A program made the translations under genes and the position numbers. This document shows positions 32,865 through 41,121 of a stretch of 64,000 nt of DNA, piece by piece. Positions within the stretch are counted from its first letter, which is position 1, and each line of letters begins with the position of its first letter. The notes below the pieces were generated by a model. The model saw only the letters and a program-made list of their open reading frames with translations, searched no databases and was not told the DNA's origin. Source of the stretch: Gaiellales bacterium (GTDB taxonomy: Bacteria; Actinomycetota; Thermoleophilia; Gaiellales; JALYLC01); assembly GCA_035696365.1 (NCBI GenBank), contig DASRQS010000136.1, positions 259 to 64,258 on the forward strand, in the 5' to 3' direction.

Positions 32865-33681
32865 GTTCTCCGCCCTGACGGCGCTCGCCGCGGCGCTCCT
32901 GGTGCCCGCGCTGCTTGCTGTGCCCCGCGCCCAGGCCTCCACGGTCATCAGGAGCGGCGGCGGATCGGTTTTCCAACTGATCGTCTCCGCCCTCGCGATC
33001 GACTACGGCAAGGTGCAGAAGGACGTCAGCATCACGGTCATCGGCGGGGGCTCGGGAGCGGGCATCGCCGGGGTCGCTGCGGGTACGTTGGACATCGGCC
33101 TCTCCTCGCGCGACCAATTGCCCAGCGATCCGCCCGGGCTGACGTTCATCCCCGTTGCGCGTGAGGGTTTCGCCATCGTGGTCAACCCGCACAACCCGAT
33201 TAGGAGCCTGACACACGCGCAGATCAAGGCCATCCTGACAGGCCAGACGGTCACGTGGGGCGCCGTGGGCTGGGCCGCGGGCGGGCCGATCCAGGTCTAC
33301 TCGCGCATCCCTGCGTCTGGCTCGTACGTCAACTGCAAGCGGTTTTTCACGGACGACCTCGAGTTCGCGAGCAACGCTCCGCAGACGCCTTCCCACGGCA
33401 TCACCAGGGTCGACGTGGCGCGAGACCGGCACTCGATCGCATGCATTGCGCTCTCGTACCTGACGACCGCCCGCGGCACGATCAAAGGGCTCGCGGTCAA
33501 CGGTCTGGCGCCGACGCGCCGCAACGCCTTCGCTGGACGCTACCCATACCGGAGCGCGCTCTGGTTCGTCACGAAAGGCCCGCCGAGCGGGCCGGTGGCG
33601 GACTACATCAAGTGGGTTCGCTCGACGGGCGTCCAATGCGGCCTGATCGCCACATATGTCCTGCCGCTGGGGCGGTGCTGA
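32854..33681 (+). CDS. pstS: Phosphate ABC transporter substrate-binding protein (PstS family)
   Basis: Signal peptide, then ITVIGGGSGAGIAGVAAGTLDIGLSSRD ... FAIVVNPHNP..LT..QIKAILTG, the PBP_like_2 pattern. Confidence 0.8.
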   Translation: MRRRFSALTALAAALLVPALLAVPRAQASTVIRSGGGSVFQLIVSALAIDYGKVQKDVSITVIGGGSGAGIAGVAAGTLDIGLSSRDQLPSDPPGLTFIPVAREGFAIVVNPHNPIRSLTHAQIKAILTGQTVTWGAVGWAAGGPIQVYSRIPASGSYVNCKRFFTDDLEFASNAPQTPSHGITRVDVARDRHSIACIALSYLTTARGTIKGLAVNGLAPTRRNAFAGRYPYRSALWFVTKGPPSGPVADYIKWVRSTGVQCGLIATYVLPLGRC

Positions 33682-34691
33682 GCGCGCGCCCTGCCCGGCC
33701 GCCGCTGCGTCGCGCCCCCACGTTCGAGCCTGGCGAGCGGTTCGCACACGCCGTCTTCGCTCTCGCCGGCGCGGTCTCGCTGGTCGTCCTCGGCCTCGTC
33801 CTGGGCTACGTGCTCTGGCGGGCCTGGCCCGCCTTCGAGGCGAACGGATTCTCGTATTTCGGTCAGCACCAGGATCCTGACCTTGCTGGCGAGCTGGGAC
33901 TTGCCACCCAGCAACCGGTCGGCGTGTCCTTCCGCCAGTTGCACGCGTGGCCCGCCATCTACGGAACGCTGCTGACGACGGGCGGGGCGATCCTGCTGGG
34001 TCTCCCCTTTTCGCTCTTGACGTCCATCTTCGTGGCCGAGCTTGCGCCTCGGCCTCTGGCCCGGCTCATGCAGCCGCTCATACGCGTCATGGCCGCCGTC
34101 CCGTCCGTGGTGTGGGGTTTGTTCGGGCTGCTCGTGCTCGCCCCGTTTGTCGATCGCGTCCTCATCTCCGACGACCTGGCGTCCCGCTACGCGCGTGTCG
34201 TGCCACTGCGCGGGGAGAGCCTCCTGCTCGGCATCGTCGTGCTCGTCTGCATGACCGTCCCCTTCCAGATTGCGATCTTCACCGACGCGTTGCGGGCGGT
34301 CCCGGCCCCCTGGAGAGAAGGTGGACGCGCGCTGGGTCTCGACGCCTGGCGGGTGACGGTCAAGATCTTGCTGCCCGTCATTCGCCCCGCCATCGCGACC
34401 GGGGTCGTGCTCGCCACCGGGCGAGCGATCGGCGAGGCGATCGCCCTCTCGATGACGGCGGGCTCGATCGCGTTCGTGCCAAACCCGCTCGATCGTCTCG
34501 TCTTTCTCCTGGAGCCCGCCCACCCGCTTGCCAGCATGTTCGTCGACTACAACAGCGAGGGCCTGGTGCAGGGCGCATTGGCGGCCGACCTGTTCTCATT
34601 CGCGGCGCTGATTCTGCTCTCGGCCCTGGCGATGATGCTCGCCGTGCGCCTGGCGCTCGCGCCCGTGCGGGCACGCGGCGGGGTGCTCTGA
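33675..34691 (+). CDS. pstC: Phosphate ABC transporter permease PstC
   Basis: The in-frame GTG at 33675 overlaps the pstS stop. Polytopic permease with the EAA-like loop REGGRALGLDAWRVTVKILLPV. Confidence 0.85.
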   Translation: MLSARPARPPLRRAPTFEPGERFAHAVFALAGAVSLVVLGLVLGYVLWRAWPAFEANGFSYFGQHQDPDLAGELGLATQQPVGVSFRQLHAWPAIYGTLLTTGGAILLGLPFSLLTSIFVAELAPRPLARLMQPLIRVMAAVPSVVWGLFGLLVLAPFVDRVLISDDLASRYARVVPLRGESLLLGIVVLVCMTVPFQIAIFTDALRAVPAPWREGGRALGLDAWRVTVKILLPVIRPAIATGVVLATGRAIGEAIALSMTAGSIAFVPNPLDRLVFLLEPAHPLASMFVDYNSEGLVQGALAADLFSFAALILLSALAMMLAVRLALAPVRARGGVL

Positions 34692-35602
34692 TGCGTCGCA
34701 TCGCCGACCGCGCCGGCGTGATCCTGGCGTGGGCCTGCGGGCTTGCGCTCCTCGGCACGACCGGCGGTCTCATCGGTTGGCTCGTCTGGGGAGGTGCGGG
34801 CCGGCTCGGCTGGTCGTTCCTGACGAGCGACCCGCTGCCGGGCTTGCTGCAGCAGGGCGTCGTGGGAGGCATCCGCGGGCCGCTCGTGGGAACGCTTCTC
34901 GTGACCGCGATCGGTCTCGGCATCGCCTTTCCGCTCGGGGTCGGCACGGCGGTCTTCCTGACCGAATACCGCCGGCCCGCGTTGCTCGCTCGCGCGGTGG
35001 ACGCAGCCGTCGACCTGCTCTTCGGTGTCCCTGCAGTCGTGTTCGCGCTGCTCGCCCTCGCGGTCTTCACCGCTCCCTGGTTGAGTCCGCTGTCGGGCAC
35101 GGTGGCCACGTCGGGGCAGGCCTACGGCCGATCGTTCCTCGTTGCCGGGATCGTGATGTCTTTGCTCGCCCTCCCGCCCGTCACGCGAGCCACGCAGGAG
35201 GCGATCGAAGCGGTCCCGCACGACCTGCGCGAGGCGTCCTTCGCGCTTGGCAAGGGGCACTTCGCGACGATCCGGCGTGTCGTTCTGCCAGGCGCACGCC
35301 CGGGCATGGCCACCGGAGCGATCCTCGGCGCCGGACGGATCGCCGCCGACACGGCCATCGCGTTCATCGTGCTCGGCGCCGTGATCACGTTTACAGATCG
35401 CTGGTACGAGCCGGCGCACTGGTCGCAGACTGTGCGCGGGGGTGGCGCGACGCTCACGTCCTACATCTACTACACGTCGCCCGCAGGCGACGGCAATGAG
35501 AGCAGCGCCGCGCTCGGCGCGGCGCTGGTCCTCATCCTGCTGATGCTGCTCGTGAACGCGGCCATCGCGTTCGTCTCGAGGAGTGGGGGGTGGAGACGCT
35601 GA
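34691..35602 (+). CDS. pstA: Phosphate ABC transporter permease PstA
   Basis: The ATG at 34691 shares one base with the pstC stop. Loop LREASFALGKGHFATIRRVVLPGARPG. Confidence 0.85.
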   Translation: MRRIADRAGVILAWACGLALLGTTGGLIGWLVWGGAGRLGWSFLTSDPLPGLLQQGVVGGIRGPLVGTLLVTAIGLGIAFPLGVGTAVFLTEYRRPALLARAVDAAVDLLFGVPAVVFALLALAVFTAPWLSPLSGTVATSGQAYGRSFLVAGIVMSLLALPPVTRATQEAIEAVPHDLREASFALGKGHFATIRRVVLPGARPGMATGAILGAGRIAADTAIAFIVLGAVITFTDRWYEPAHWSQTVRGGGATLTSYIYYTSPAGDGNESSAALGAALVLILLMLLVNAAIAFVSRSGGWRR

Positions 35603-36366
35603 CGACGGGAGACCGACAGCGGCTGGCGGTAGACGACGTCTCCGTCCGTTACGGAGCGCACCAGGTGCTGCAGGGCGTCTCGCTCGGATGGGCGGCGCAC
35701 CAGGTGGGCGCGATCGTCGGGCCGTCCGGATGCGGCAAGACGACATTGCTGCGCGTCGTCAACCGGCTCGTAGAGACGACTCCGTCCGCGCAGGTGAGCG
35801 GCCGCGTCCTGCTCGCCGGCGACGACGTGCGCGAGTTGACCGCCCAAGCCCTGCGCCGGCGCGTCGGCATGGTCTTTCAACGACCCAACCCCTTCCCGAT
35901 GACGATCTTCGACAACGTCGCCTACGCACTGCGCCCGCAGGGGTCGCGCCGGCCGGGCCGACGCGCGCTCGCCGACGCGGTGCAGCGTGTGCTGGCGCGA
36001 GCGGGATTGTGGAAGGAGGTCGAGCACCGGCTGCACCGTCCGGCGCTGCGCCTCTCCGGTGGACAGCAGCAGCGTCTCTGTATTGCTCGTGCGCTCGCCG
36101 CCGAGCCCGAGGTGATTCTCATGGACGAGCCCTGCTCGTCGCTCGATCCCGCGGCGACGGCAACGATCGAGACCTTGATCGGGCAGCTCCGCTCGCAACT
36201 CGTCGTGGTGGTCGTCACGCACGATCTTGCCCAGGCCAGGCGTCTCTCCGACCAGGTCGCCTTCCTGCTCGACGGCCGGCTGATCGAGAGTGGCGAGACC
36301 GCGCGCGTGTTCGCGCAGCCGCGCGAGGAGACGACGGCGGCCTACCTCGCCGGCGCGTTCGGATGA
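35590..36366 (+). CDS. pstB: Phosphate ABC transporter ATP-binding protein PstB
   Basis: Walker A GPSGCGKTT, signature LSGGQQQRLCIARAL, Walker B ILMDEP, and the PstB-type MVFQRPNPFPMTIFDNV. Confidence 0.92.
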   Translation: METLTTGDRQRLAVDDVSVRYGAHQVLQGVSLGWAAHQVGAIVGPSGCGKTTLLRVVNRLVETTPSAQVSGRVLLAGDDVRELTAQALRRRVGMVFQRPNPFPMTIFDNVAYALRPQGSRRPGRRALADAVQRVLARAGLWKEVEHRLHRPALRLSGGQQQRLCIARALAAEPEVILMDEPCSSLDPAATATIETLIGQLRSQLVVVVVTHDLAQARRLSDQVAFLLDGRLIESGETARVFAQPREETTAAYLAGAFG

Positions 36367-37100
36367 GCCGGGGGAGCCCGCGATCGCCGGTTCTTGCAGG
36401 CGCGGCGGCGCTTGCTGCGGTGGTCGTGCTCGTGCTGGGGGCGGCGAGCCATGGCTTCGAGGCCTCGCTCGCAGAGGTCCCCACCGCGACGCCGACGCCG
36501 ACCGCCTCCGGCAACTCGGCGCCTCAGACCCGCGGTCACCCTCTGCGGACTTCGGTCGTGGCGTTCCTCCCCGACCGGGCGGACGGCTCGGTCGCCGTCG
36601 TCGTGCGCATCGAGAACCCGGATGCCCGCCGCGCAGCCCGGAACGTGCTGATCGTGACCTACCTCGTCGACCGCGCCGGGACCGTGGTGGGGAGGAGCAC
36701 GACTGCGGGCACCGATCCGCTTCGCGTGCGCGTTCCCTATGTCGGCCCCGGCCAGAGCGTCCTGTTTGTAAACGACACCATCGCCGCCGGTCCTGTCCCG
36801 TCGGCCGCGCGGGCCTCGGCGACCGGGACGTTCTCAGCCCCGCGATCGGCGGGCGTCGCGGTGCGATCGGCCAGGCTGCGTCATAGCGCGTTCGGCTGGA
36901 TCGCGACGGCAACACTGCAGGATCGTCCGGCGGCGGGCCCGCCGCGAAACGTGCTCGTCGAGGCCGTGGTGCGCCGCAACGGACGCATCGTCGCCGCGGG
37001 GACGGAGATCGCTTCCGTGCCGCGCGACGACGTCGTCGACATCTTCCTCACCGGTGATGCGGCGGGAGGCACGCCGAGCGTATGGATAGCAGGGCCGTAG
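36363..37100 (+). CDS. Exported/membrane-anchored protein of unknown function inserted between two pstB paralogs
   Basis: ATGA overlap with the pstB stop. N-terminal hydrophobic anchor SPVLAGAAALAAVVVLVLGAA. No family recognised. Confidence 0.5.
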   Translation: MSRGSPRSPVLAGAAALAAVVVLVLGAASHGFEASLAEVPTATPTPTASGNSAPQTRGHPLRTSVVAFLPDRADGSVAVVVRIENPDARRAARNVLIVTYLVDRAGTVVGRSTTAGTDPLRVRVPYVGPGQSVLFVNDTIAAGPVPSAARASATGTFSAPRSAGVAVRSARLRHSAFGWIATATLQDRPAAGPPRNVLVEAVVRRNGRIVAAGTEIASVPRDDVVDIFLTGDAAGGTPSVWIAGP

Positions 37101-37879
37101 GAGGGAACCTTGTCGCCGGCGAGCCACTGCTGGAGGTTCGCCACCTCTCGTGCGCCTACGGACGCCGCGCGGCCGTGCGGGACGTGTCGTTCGACGTGCG
37201 TCAAGGCGAGATCCTGGCGCTCATCGGGCCTTCGGGATCGGGAAAGACGACGCTGCTGCGAGCGCTCAACCGTATGCACGAGCTCACCCCAGGCGGGCGT
37301 AGCGAGGGGTCGATCCGCCTGGGCGGTGCGCCCGCCACGGGACGCGGTGCGTTTGGGTGCGAGGAGCTCCGGCGGCGGGTCGGCTACGTCTTCCAGCAGG
37401 CCAACCCCTTTCCGCTGTCTGTCTACGACAACGTCGCCCTGCCGCTGCGCGAGCATCGCCTCGTTGCCGGTGACGAGGCGTGCACGGAGCGCGTGCTGCA
37501 CCTGCTCGAACGAGTCGGATTGCTCGCCGAGGTGAGAAACCGGCTCGACGCGTCGGCGCTGGAACTGTCGGGGGGTCAGCAGCAACGCCTGTGCATCGCG
37601 CGGGTGCTCGCGTCCCGTCCCGAGGCGATCCTTCTCGACGAGCCGTGCTCTGCGCTCGACCCGAGCGCGGCTGCTCTCGTGGAGCATCAGCTTGTCGGGC
37701 TCCGGGCGGATCTCGCATTGGTCATCGTGACGCACAGCCTCGCGCAGGCCCGGCGACTAGCGGACCGCGTCGGCTTCCTCCTCGATGGCGAGCTCGTCGA
37801 GCTCGGGGCGCGAGAGCAGATCTTCATGGCCCCAGCCGATCCGCGCACACGCGATTACATCTCGGGTCGCCTCGCCTGA
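37082..37879 (+). CDS. Second PstB-like ABC ATPase
   Basis: Walker A GPSGSGKTT, YVFQQANPFPLSVYDNV, LSGGQQQRLCIARVL and ILLDEP. Overlaps the preceding gene by 19 nt. Confidence 0.88.
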   Translation: MDSRAVGGNLVAGEPLLEVRHLSCAYGRRAAVRDVSFDVRQGEILALIGPSGSGKTTLLRALNRMHELTPGGRSEGSIRLGGAPATGRGAFGCEELRRRVGYVFQQANPFPLSVYDNVALPLREHRLVAGDEACTERVLHLLERVGLLAEVRNRLDASALELSGGQQQRLCIARVLASRPEAILLDEPCSALDPSAAALVEHQLVGLRADLALVIVTHSLAQARRLADRVGFLLDGELVELGAREQIFMAPADPRTRDYISGRLA

Positions 37880-37958
37880 CGCCCTCGGGCGAGGCTATCC
37901 GAGCGGGCCTGGTGCCGCCGAGTAGGTGTGAACGCGTACGCGTTCCGGCAGGGCTGTT

Positions 37959-37982
37959 GTGCCTGCATAGGGGCACGTTTTT
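37959..37982 (+). terminator. Weak intrinsic-terminator-like hairpin with T5 run after the pst operon
   Basis: gtgcc-tgcatagg-ggcac followed by gttttt. T-runs are rare in this sequence. Confidence 0.3.
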
Positions 37983-38112
37983 GAAAATAAGTGTGTAGCA
38001 TCGGATACAAGGCGCCGCCTGAGAAGATGCTGCAATTCCGGATTCTGGGAGCTCGAGCGCTGGCGCGCGGGTCCCATTGGGAGCGCAGGCCCGCACCGGA
38101 AGACGCAAGCCT

Positions 38113-38149
38113 GCGGGATCGGAAACCGCCGGGCCGGCCCCGATCCCGC
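38113..38149 (-). terminator. 10-bp stem hairpin downstream of the His-rich small ORF
   Basis: gcgggatcgg ... ccgatcccgc, read directly from the DNA, 16 nt after the stop at 38165. Confidence 0.35.
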
Positions 38150-38164
38150 ACGCGCCTCTTGGGG

Positions 38165-38335
38165 CTAGTGCTCGTGCCGTTCCGCAGGCTTGTGCTCGTG
38201 GCGGTGCGCCTGGACGTCGTCCGCCGGCTCGTGCTCCTTGCGGTGGGCTTCGACGTCATCCGCCGGGTCGTGCTCCTTGCGGCTACGGGACTCGTCATCC
38301 TCGTTGGGCTCAGCAGCGGGCGTCTCGTCGGGCAT
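38165..38335 (-). CDS. 56-aa acidic, His-rich tandem-repeat protein (below the ORF-track size cutoff)
   Basis: Hand translation: MPDETPAAEPNEDDESRSRKEHDPADDVEAHRKEHEPADDVQAHRHEHKPAERHEH. CCAGGAGGAGCACT precedes the ATG, giving a strong Shine-Dalgarno. Confidence 0.45.
   Translation of the reverse strand: MPDETPAAEPNEDDESRSRKEHDPADDVEAHRKEHEPADDVQAHRHEHKPAERHEH
38204..38281. repeat. Two tandem 39-nt repeats inside the His-rich ORF
   Basis: gtgcgcctggacgtcgtccgccggctcgtgctccttgcg / gtgggcttcgacgtcatccgccgggtcgtgctccttgcg, encoding RKEHxPADDVxAH units. Confidence 0.8.
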
Positions 38336-38427
38336 AGTGCTCCTCCTGGATAGGACGGTTGCTCCCTGGACGGTGACGGCGCCGGGTTTCTTCCCGACGT
38401 GATGGAATCTGCAGTCTGGCCGCAGCG

Positions 38428-40089
38428 CTAGACCGATGCAAGGGCCGGGCGCAGCGAGTGCAAGCGCGAGGCAATCACCGCGTCCGCGGCCGCAGCGCTC
38501 GTCGCATGCCCGGTCACGGCGGAGACGAATTCGTCTCCGCGCAGCGCGTACAGGCTCGTGGTCGTCTCGGCGGTCACGGTGGCGGTGCGCGGGATAGCGC
38601 GGATGAGCGCGATCTCACCGAAGCCCGCGCCCGCTGCGAGCACGACTTCTTCCCTTCCTGGAGGCGCGATCCGCACGCTTCCCTGGTCGATGAGGTAGTA
38701 GCGATCGCCGGCGTCCCCGGCGCGGAACAGCACCTCGCCCGCGGCCAGCGACACCGGCTCGAGTGCGCTCGCGAGCTGCTCGATCATCGCGCCCGGCAGC
38801 GGCGCGAAGATCGGATCGCCTCGTAGCAGCTCTATCCGGCGCTCCTGGACGGTCGGGACGTCGAGTCGGCGCAGGCGTTTCCAGAGCGGGAGCGTCACGA
38901 TCGGAAGCAGGGCGCCTGTGACCACCAACGTCGCGCGCACGCCGAGCAGGTCGAGCAGCGCAGGCGTGACCGCCGAGCCGACTGCGACGGATGCGATCAC
39001 GATGCTCTCGAGCACGCCGAACACACGGCCGAGCAGTTCGCCCGGCGTTGCCCGTTGCAGCAGTGTGACCGCCGAGACGTCGACGAGCGTGTTGCCGACG
39101 CCCACGAGGGCCATCATCACGAGCGCGAGCGGCAGGCTACTGGCGAGCGCGATCAGTGCGATCGGCGCGCCCCACAGGATCAGCCCGCACACGAACACCG
39201 TCGTCAGGCGTGCGCGCTGCGACAGCATGAGCGCCGGCACCGCGCCCACGAGCCCGCCGATGCCGACCGCCGCCACCAGTGCACCGACACCGCTGTCGCC
39301 CGCTTGCAGCAACTCGAGGGCCGCCACCACCGTGAGCACGTTGAGCGCACCGCAGACGAGCACCTGCGCCCCGTAGAGCGAGACGAGCACGCGCACGTCA
39401 CCGTTCCGGAGGATCGCGGCGAGGCCCGCCAGCACTCCGTGGCTCGGCTCGTCGCCGGCCGCCTCGCCGCCGCCTTCCGCGGACGCGGTGGCGGCCGCGG
39501 CGCTGCGCGGATGGACTCGCGTCACTGCGATGGCCGAGAGCGTGTAGGCGACGACCGGGACGAGGAATGCGAGCGTGGTCCCGAACGCCGCGAGCGCAGC
39601 GCCGCCGAGCGCCGGGCCGATCACGCTGCCGGTCGACTCGATCGTGCTCTGCGCCACGTTGCAGGCGGTCAGTTCCTCGGGCTCGCGCGTGAGCGTGGGG
39701 AGCATGGCTCCCTGGGCCGGCCAGAAGAGCGTGCCCACGAGCGTGTTCACCGTCGCCAGCCCGATCAGGACGAAGAGTGGCCCGGTCAGCGCGGCACAGA
39801 TGCAGAAGCCCGTCATGATCAGAGCTCGGGCGGCATCGGTCAGGAACAGAACGCGCTGCTTGGGATAGCGGTCCACGAGCGAGGCCAGGAAGGGCGCCGC
39901 GAGCGCCGCCGGGACGAGGCGGAACACCTGTGCGAGCCCTACCCAGGTCGCGCCTGCACGGTCGTAGACGAGCACGCTGAAGGCGACCGAGTACGACCAG
40001 TTGCCGATCGTCGAGCCCGCCAGCGCCAGTTGCGCGCGGCGCACCGCCTCGTTCGACCAGACCGCGCGCAGCGCTCCCCCCGAACCCAC
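38428..40089 (-). CDS. MFS transporter fused to a C-terminal cyclic-nucleotide-binding domain
   Basis: 12-TM MFS body, then LRGDPIFAPLPGAMIEQLASALEPVSLAAGEVLFRAGDAGDRYYLIDQGSVRI...GAGFGEIALIRAIPRTATVTA (cNMP-binding fold motif FGE..L....RTA). Confidence 0.88.
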   Translation of the reverse strand: MGSGGALRAVWSNEAVRRAQLALAGSTIGNWSYSVAFSVLVYDRAGATWVGLAQVFRLVPAALAAPFLASLVDRYPKQRVLFLTDAARALIMTGFCICAALTGPLFVLIGLATVNTLVGTLFWPAQGAMLPTLTREPEELTACNVAQSTIESTGSVIGPALGGAALAAFGTTLAFLVPVVAYTLSAIAVTRVHPRSAAAATASAEGGGEAAGDEPSHGVLAGLAAILRNGDVRVLVSLYGAQVLVCGALNVLTVVAALELLQAGDSGVGALVAAVGIGGLVGAVPALMLSQRARLTTVFVCGLILWGAPIALIALASSLPLALVMMALVGVGNTLVDVSAVTLLQRATPGELLGRVFGVLESIVIASVAVGSAVTPALLDLLGVRATLVVTGALLPIVTLPLWKRLRRLDVPTVQERRIELLRGDPIFAPLPGAMIEQLASALEPVSLAAGEVLFRAGDAGDRYYLIDQGSVRIAPPGREEVVLAAGAGFGEIALIRAIPRTATVTAETTTSLYALRGDEFVSAVTGHATSAAAADAVIASRLHSLRPALASV

Positions 40090-40284
40090 GAAATCCTCAA
40101 TCCCCGCGAGTCAGAGCCGCGCCTACTCGTCGTCCTGGCGCTGGATGGAGTCGCTTTCGTCGGGGGCATGCTGCATGGCGGTCTCCCTCGGGTCGGTCGG
40201 CCGATTGTGCACACTCGACGCCTGCGGCGCGAATCCTCTTCCGGCCGTTTGGGCGCCGCGAGCGGGGAGTAGACTCGCCCGGGC

Positions 40285-41121
40285 ATGGTCGATGCCGAGG
40301 AGACAGGCGAGGACCTGCCCGCCTGGAGCCTGCCGGCGGGCGGCCTCGCTTCCGCCCACGTGCAGAGCGATTGGCCCGCGGGGGTGACGCGCGAGTGGGC
40401 GTTCGGCGGGTCTACTGGCGCAGGCGTGCGGGTCTGCGTGATCGACAGCGGCGTCGACGCCCACCCCCTCGTCGGCGAGGTGCAGTCGGCGGTTGCCGTA
40501 GCGCGCGACGAGGACGGCCGGCTGCGCGTCGAGCCGGACGATCAGGGCGACCTCTGCGGCCACGGCAACGCCTGTGCCGGCGTGATCCGCGCGCTCGCAC
40601 CGGGCTGTGAGCTGCACAGCGTCCGTGTGCTGGGCGCGGGCTCGACCGGAAATGGCGCGCTCCTGCTCGAGGGATTGCGATACGCGGTGCAGGAGTGCTA
40701 CGACGTCATCAACCTGAGCCTCTCGACGACCAATGCCGAGTGGTCCGCAGGTCTCCACGAGCTGGCAGACCGGGGCGTGTTCCAGCGCTCGTTGATCGTG
40801 GCCTCAGCCCATAACATGCCGGTCGATTCCTTCCCCTGGCGCTTCTCGAGCGTGATCAGCGTCGGGAGCCACGACCAGCCCGGCGCGCTCACCTGGTACG
40901 CGAACCCGGAGCCACCGGTGGAGCTGTTCGCGCGTGGGGTCGACGTGGAGGTCGCGTGGGAGGGCGGCACCACGATCACGGCCACCGGCAACAGCTTCGC
41001 GACGCCTCACATCACCGGAATCTGCGCGCTCATTCGCGCCAAGCACCCGACGCTCACGCCGACCGCGGTCAAGCATCTGCTCGCGCTCCTGGCCGACAAT
41101 GCGGAGACGCGGGATGGGTGA
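40285..41121 (+). CDS. S8 (subtilisin-like) serine peptidase, no signal peptide
   Basis: Catalytic triad contexts VCVIDSGVD, GHGNACAGVI and GNSFATPHITG. The N-terminus is not hydrophobic. Confidence 0.88.
   Translation: MVDAEETGEDLPAWSLPAGGLASAHVQSDWPAGVTREWAFGGSTGAGVRVCVIDSGVDAHPLVGEVQSAVAVARDEDGRLRVEPDDQGDLCGHGNACAGVIRALAPGCELHSVRVLGAGSTGNGALLLEGLRYAVQECYDVINLSLSTTNAEWSAGLHELADRGVFQRSLIVASAHNMPVDSFPWRFSSVISVGSHDQPGALTWYANPEPPVELFARGVDVEVAWEGGTTITATGNSFATPHITGICALIRAKHPTLTPTAVKHLLALLADNAETRDG

Noticed and set aside
37991-38353. Track ORF 37991..38353 (+), a hydrophobic Leu/Val/Arg-rich 120 aa.
   Set aside because: It is antisense to the His-rich repeat ORF, which has the strong Shine-Dalgarno and a sensible terminator. 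Its periodic Leu/Val/Arg composition mirrors the repeats on the other strand.
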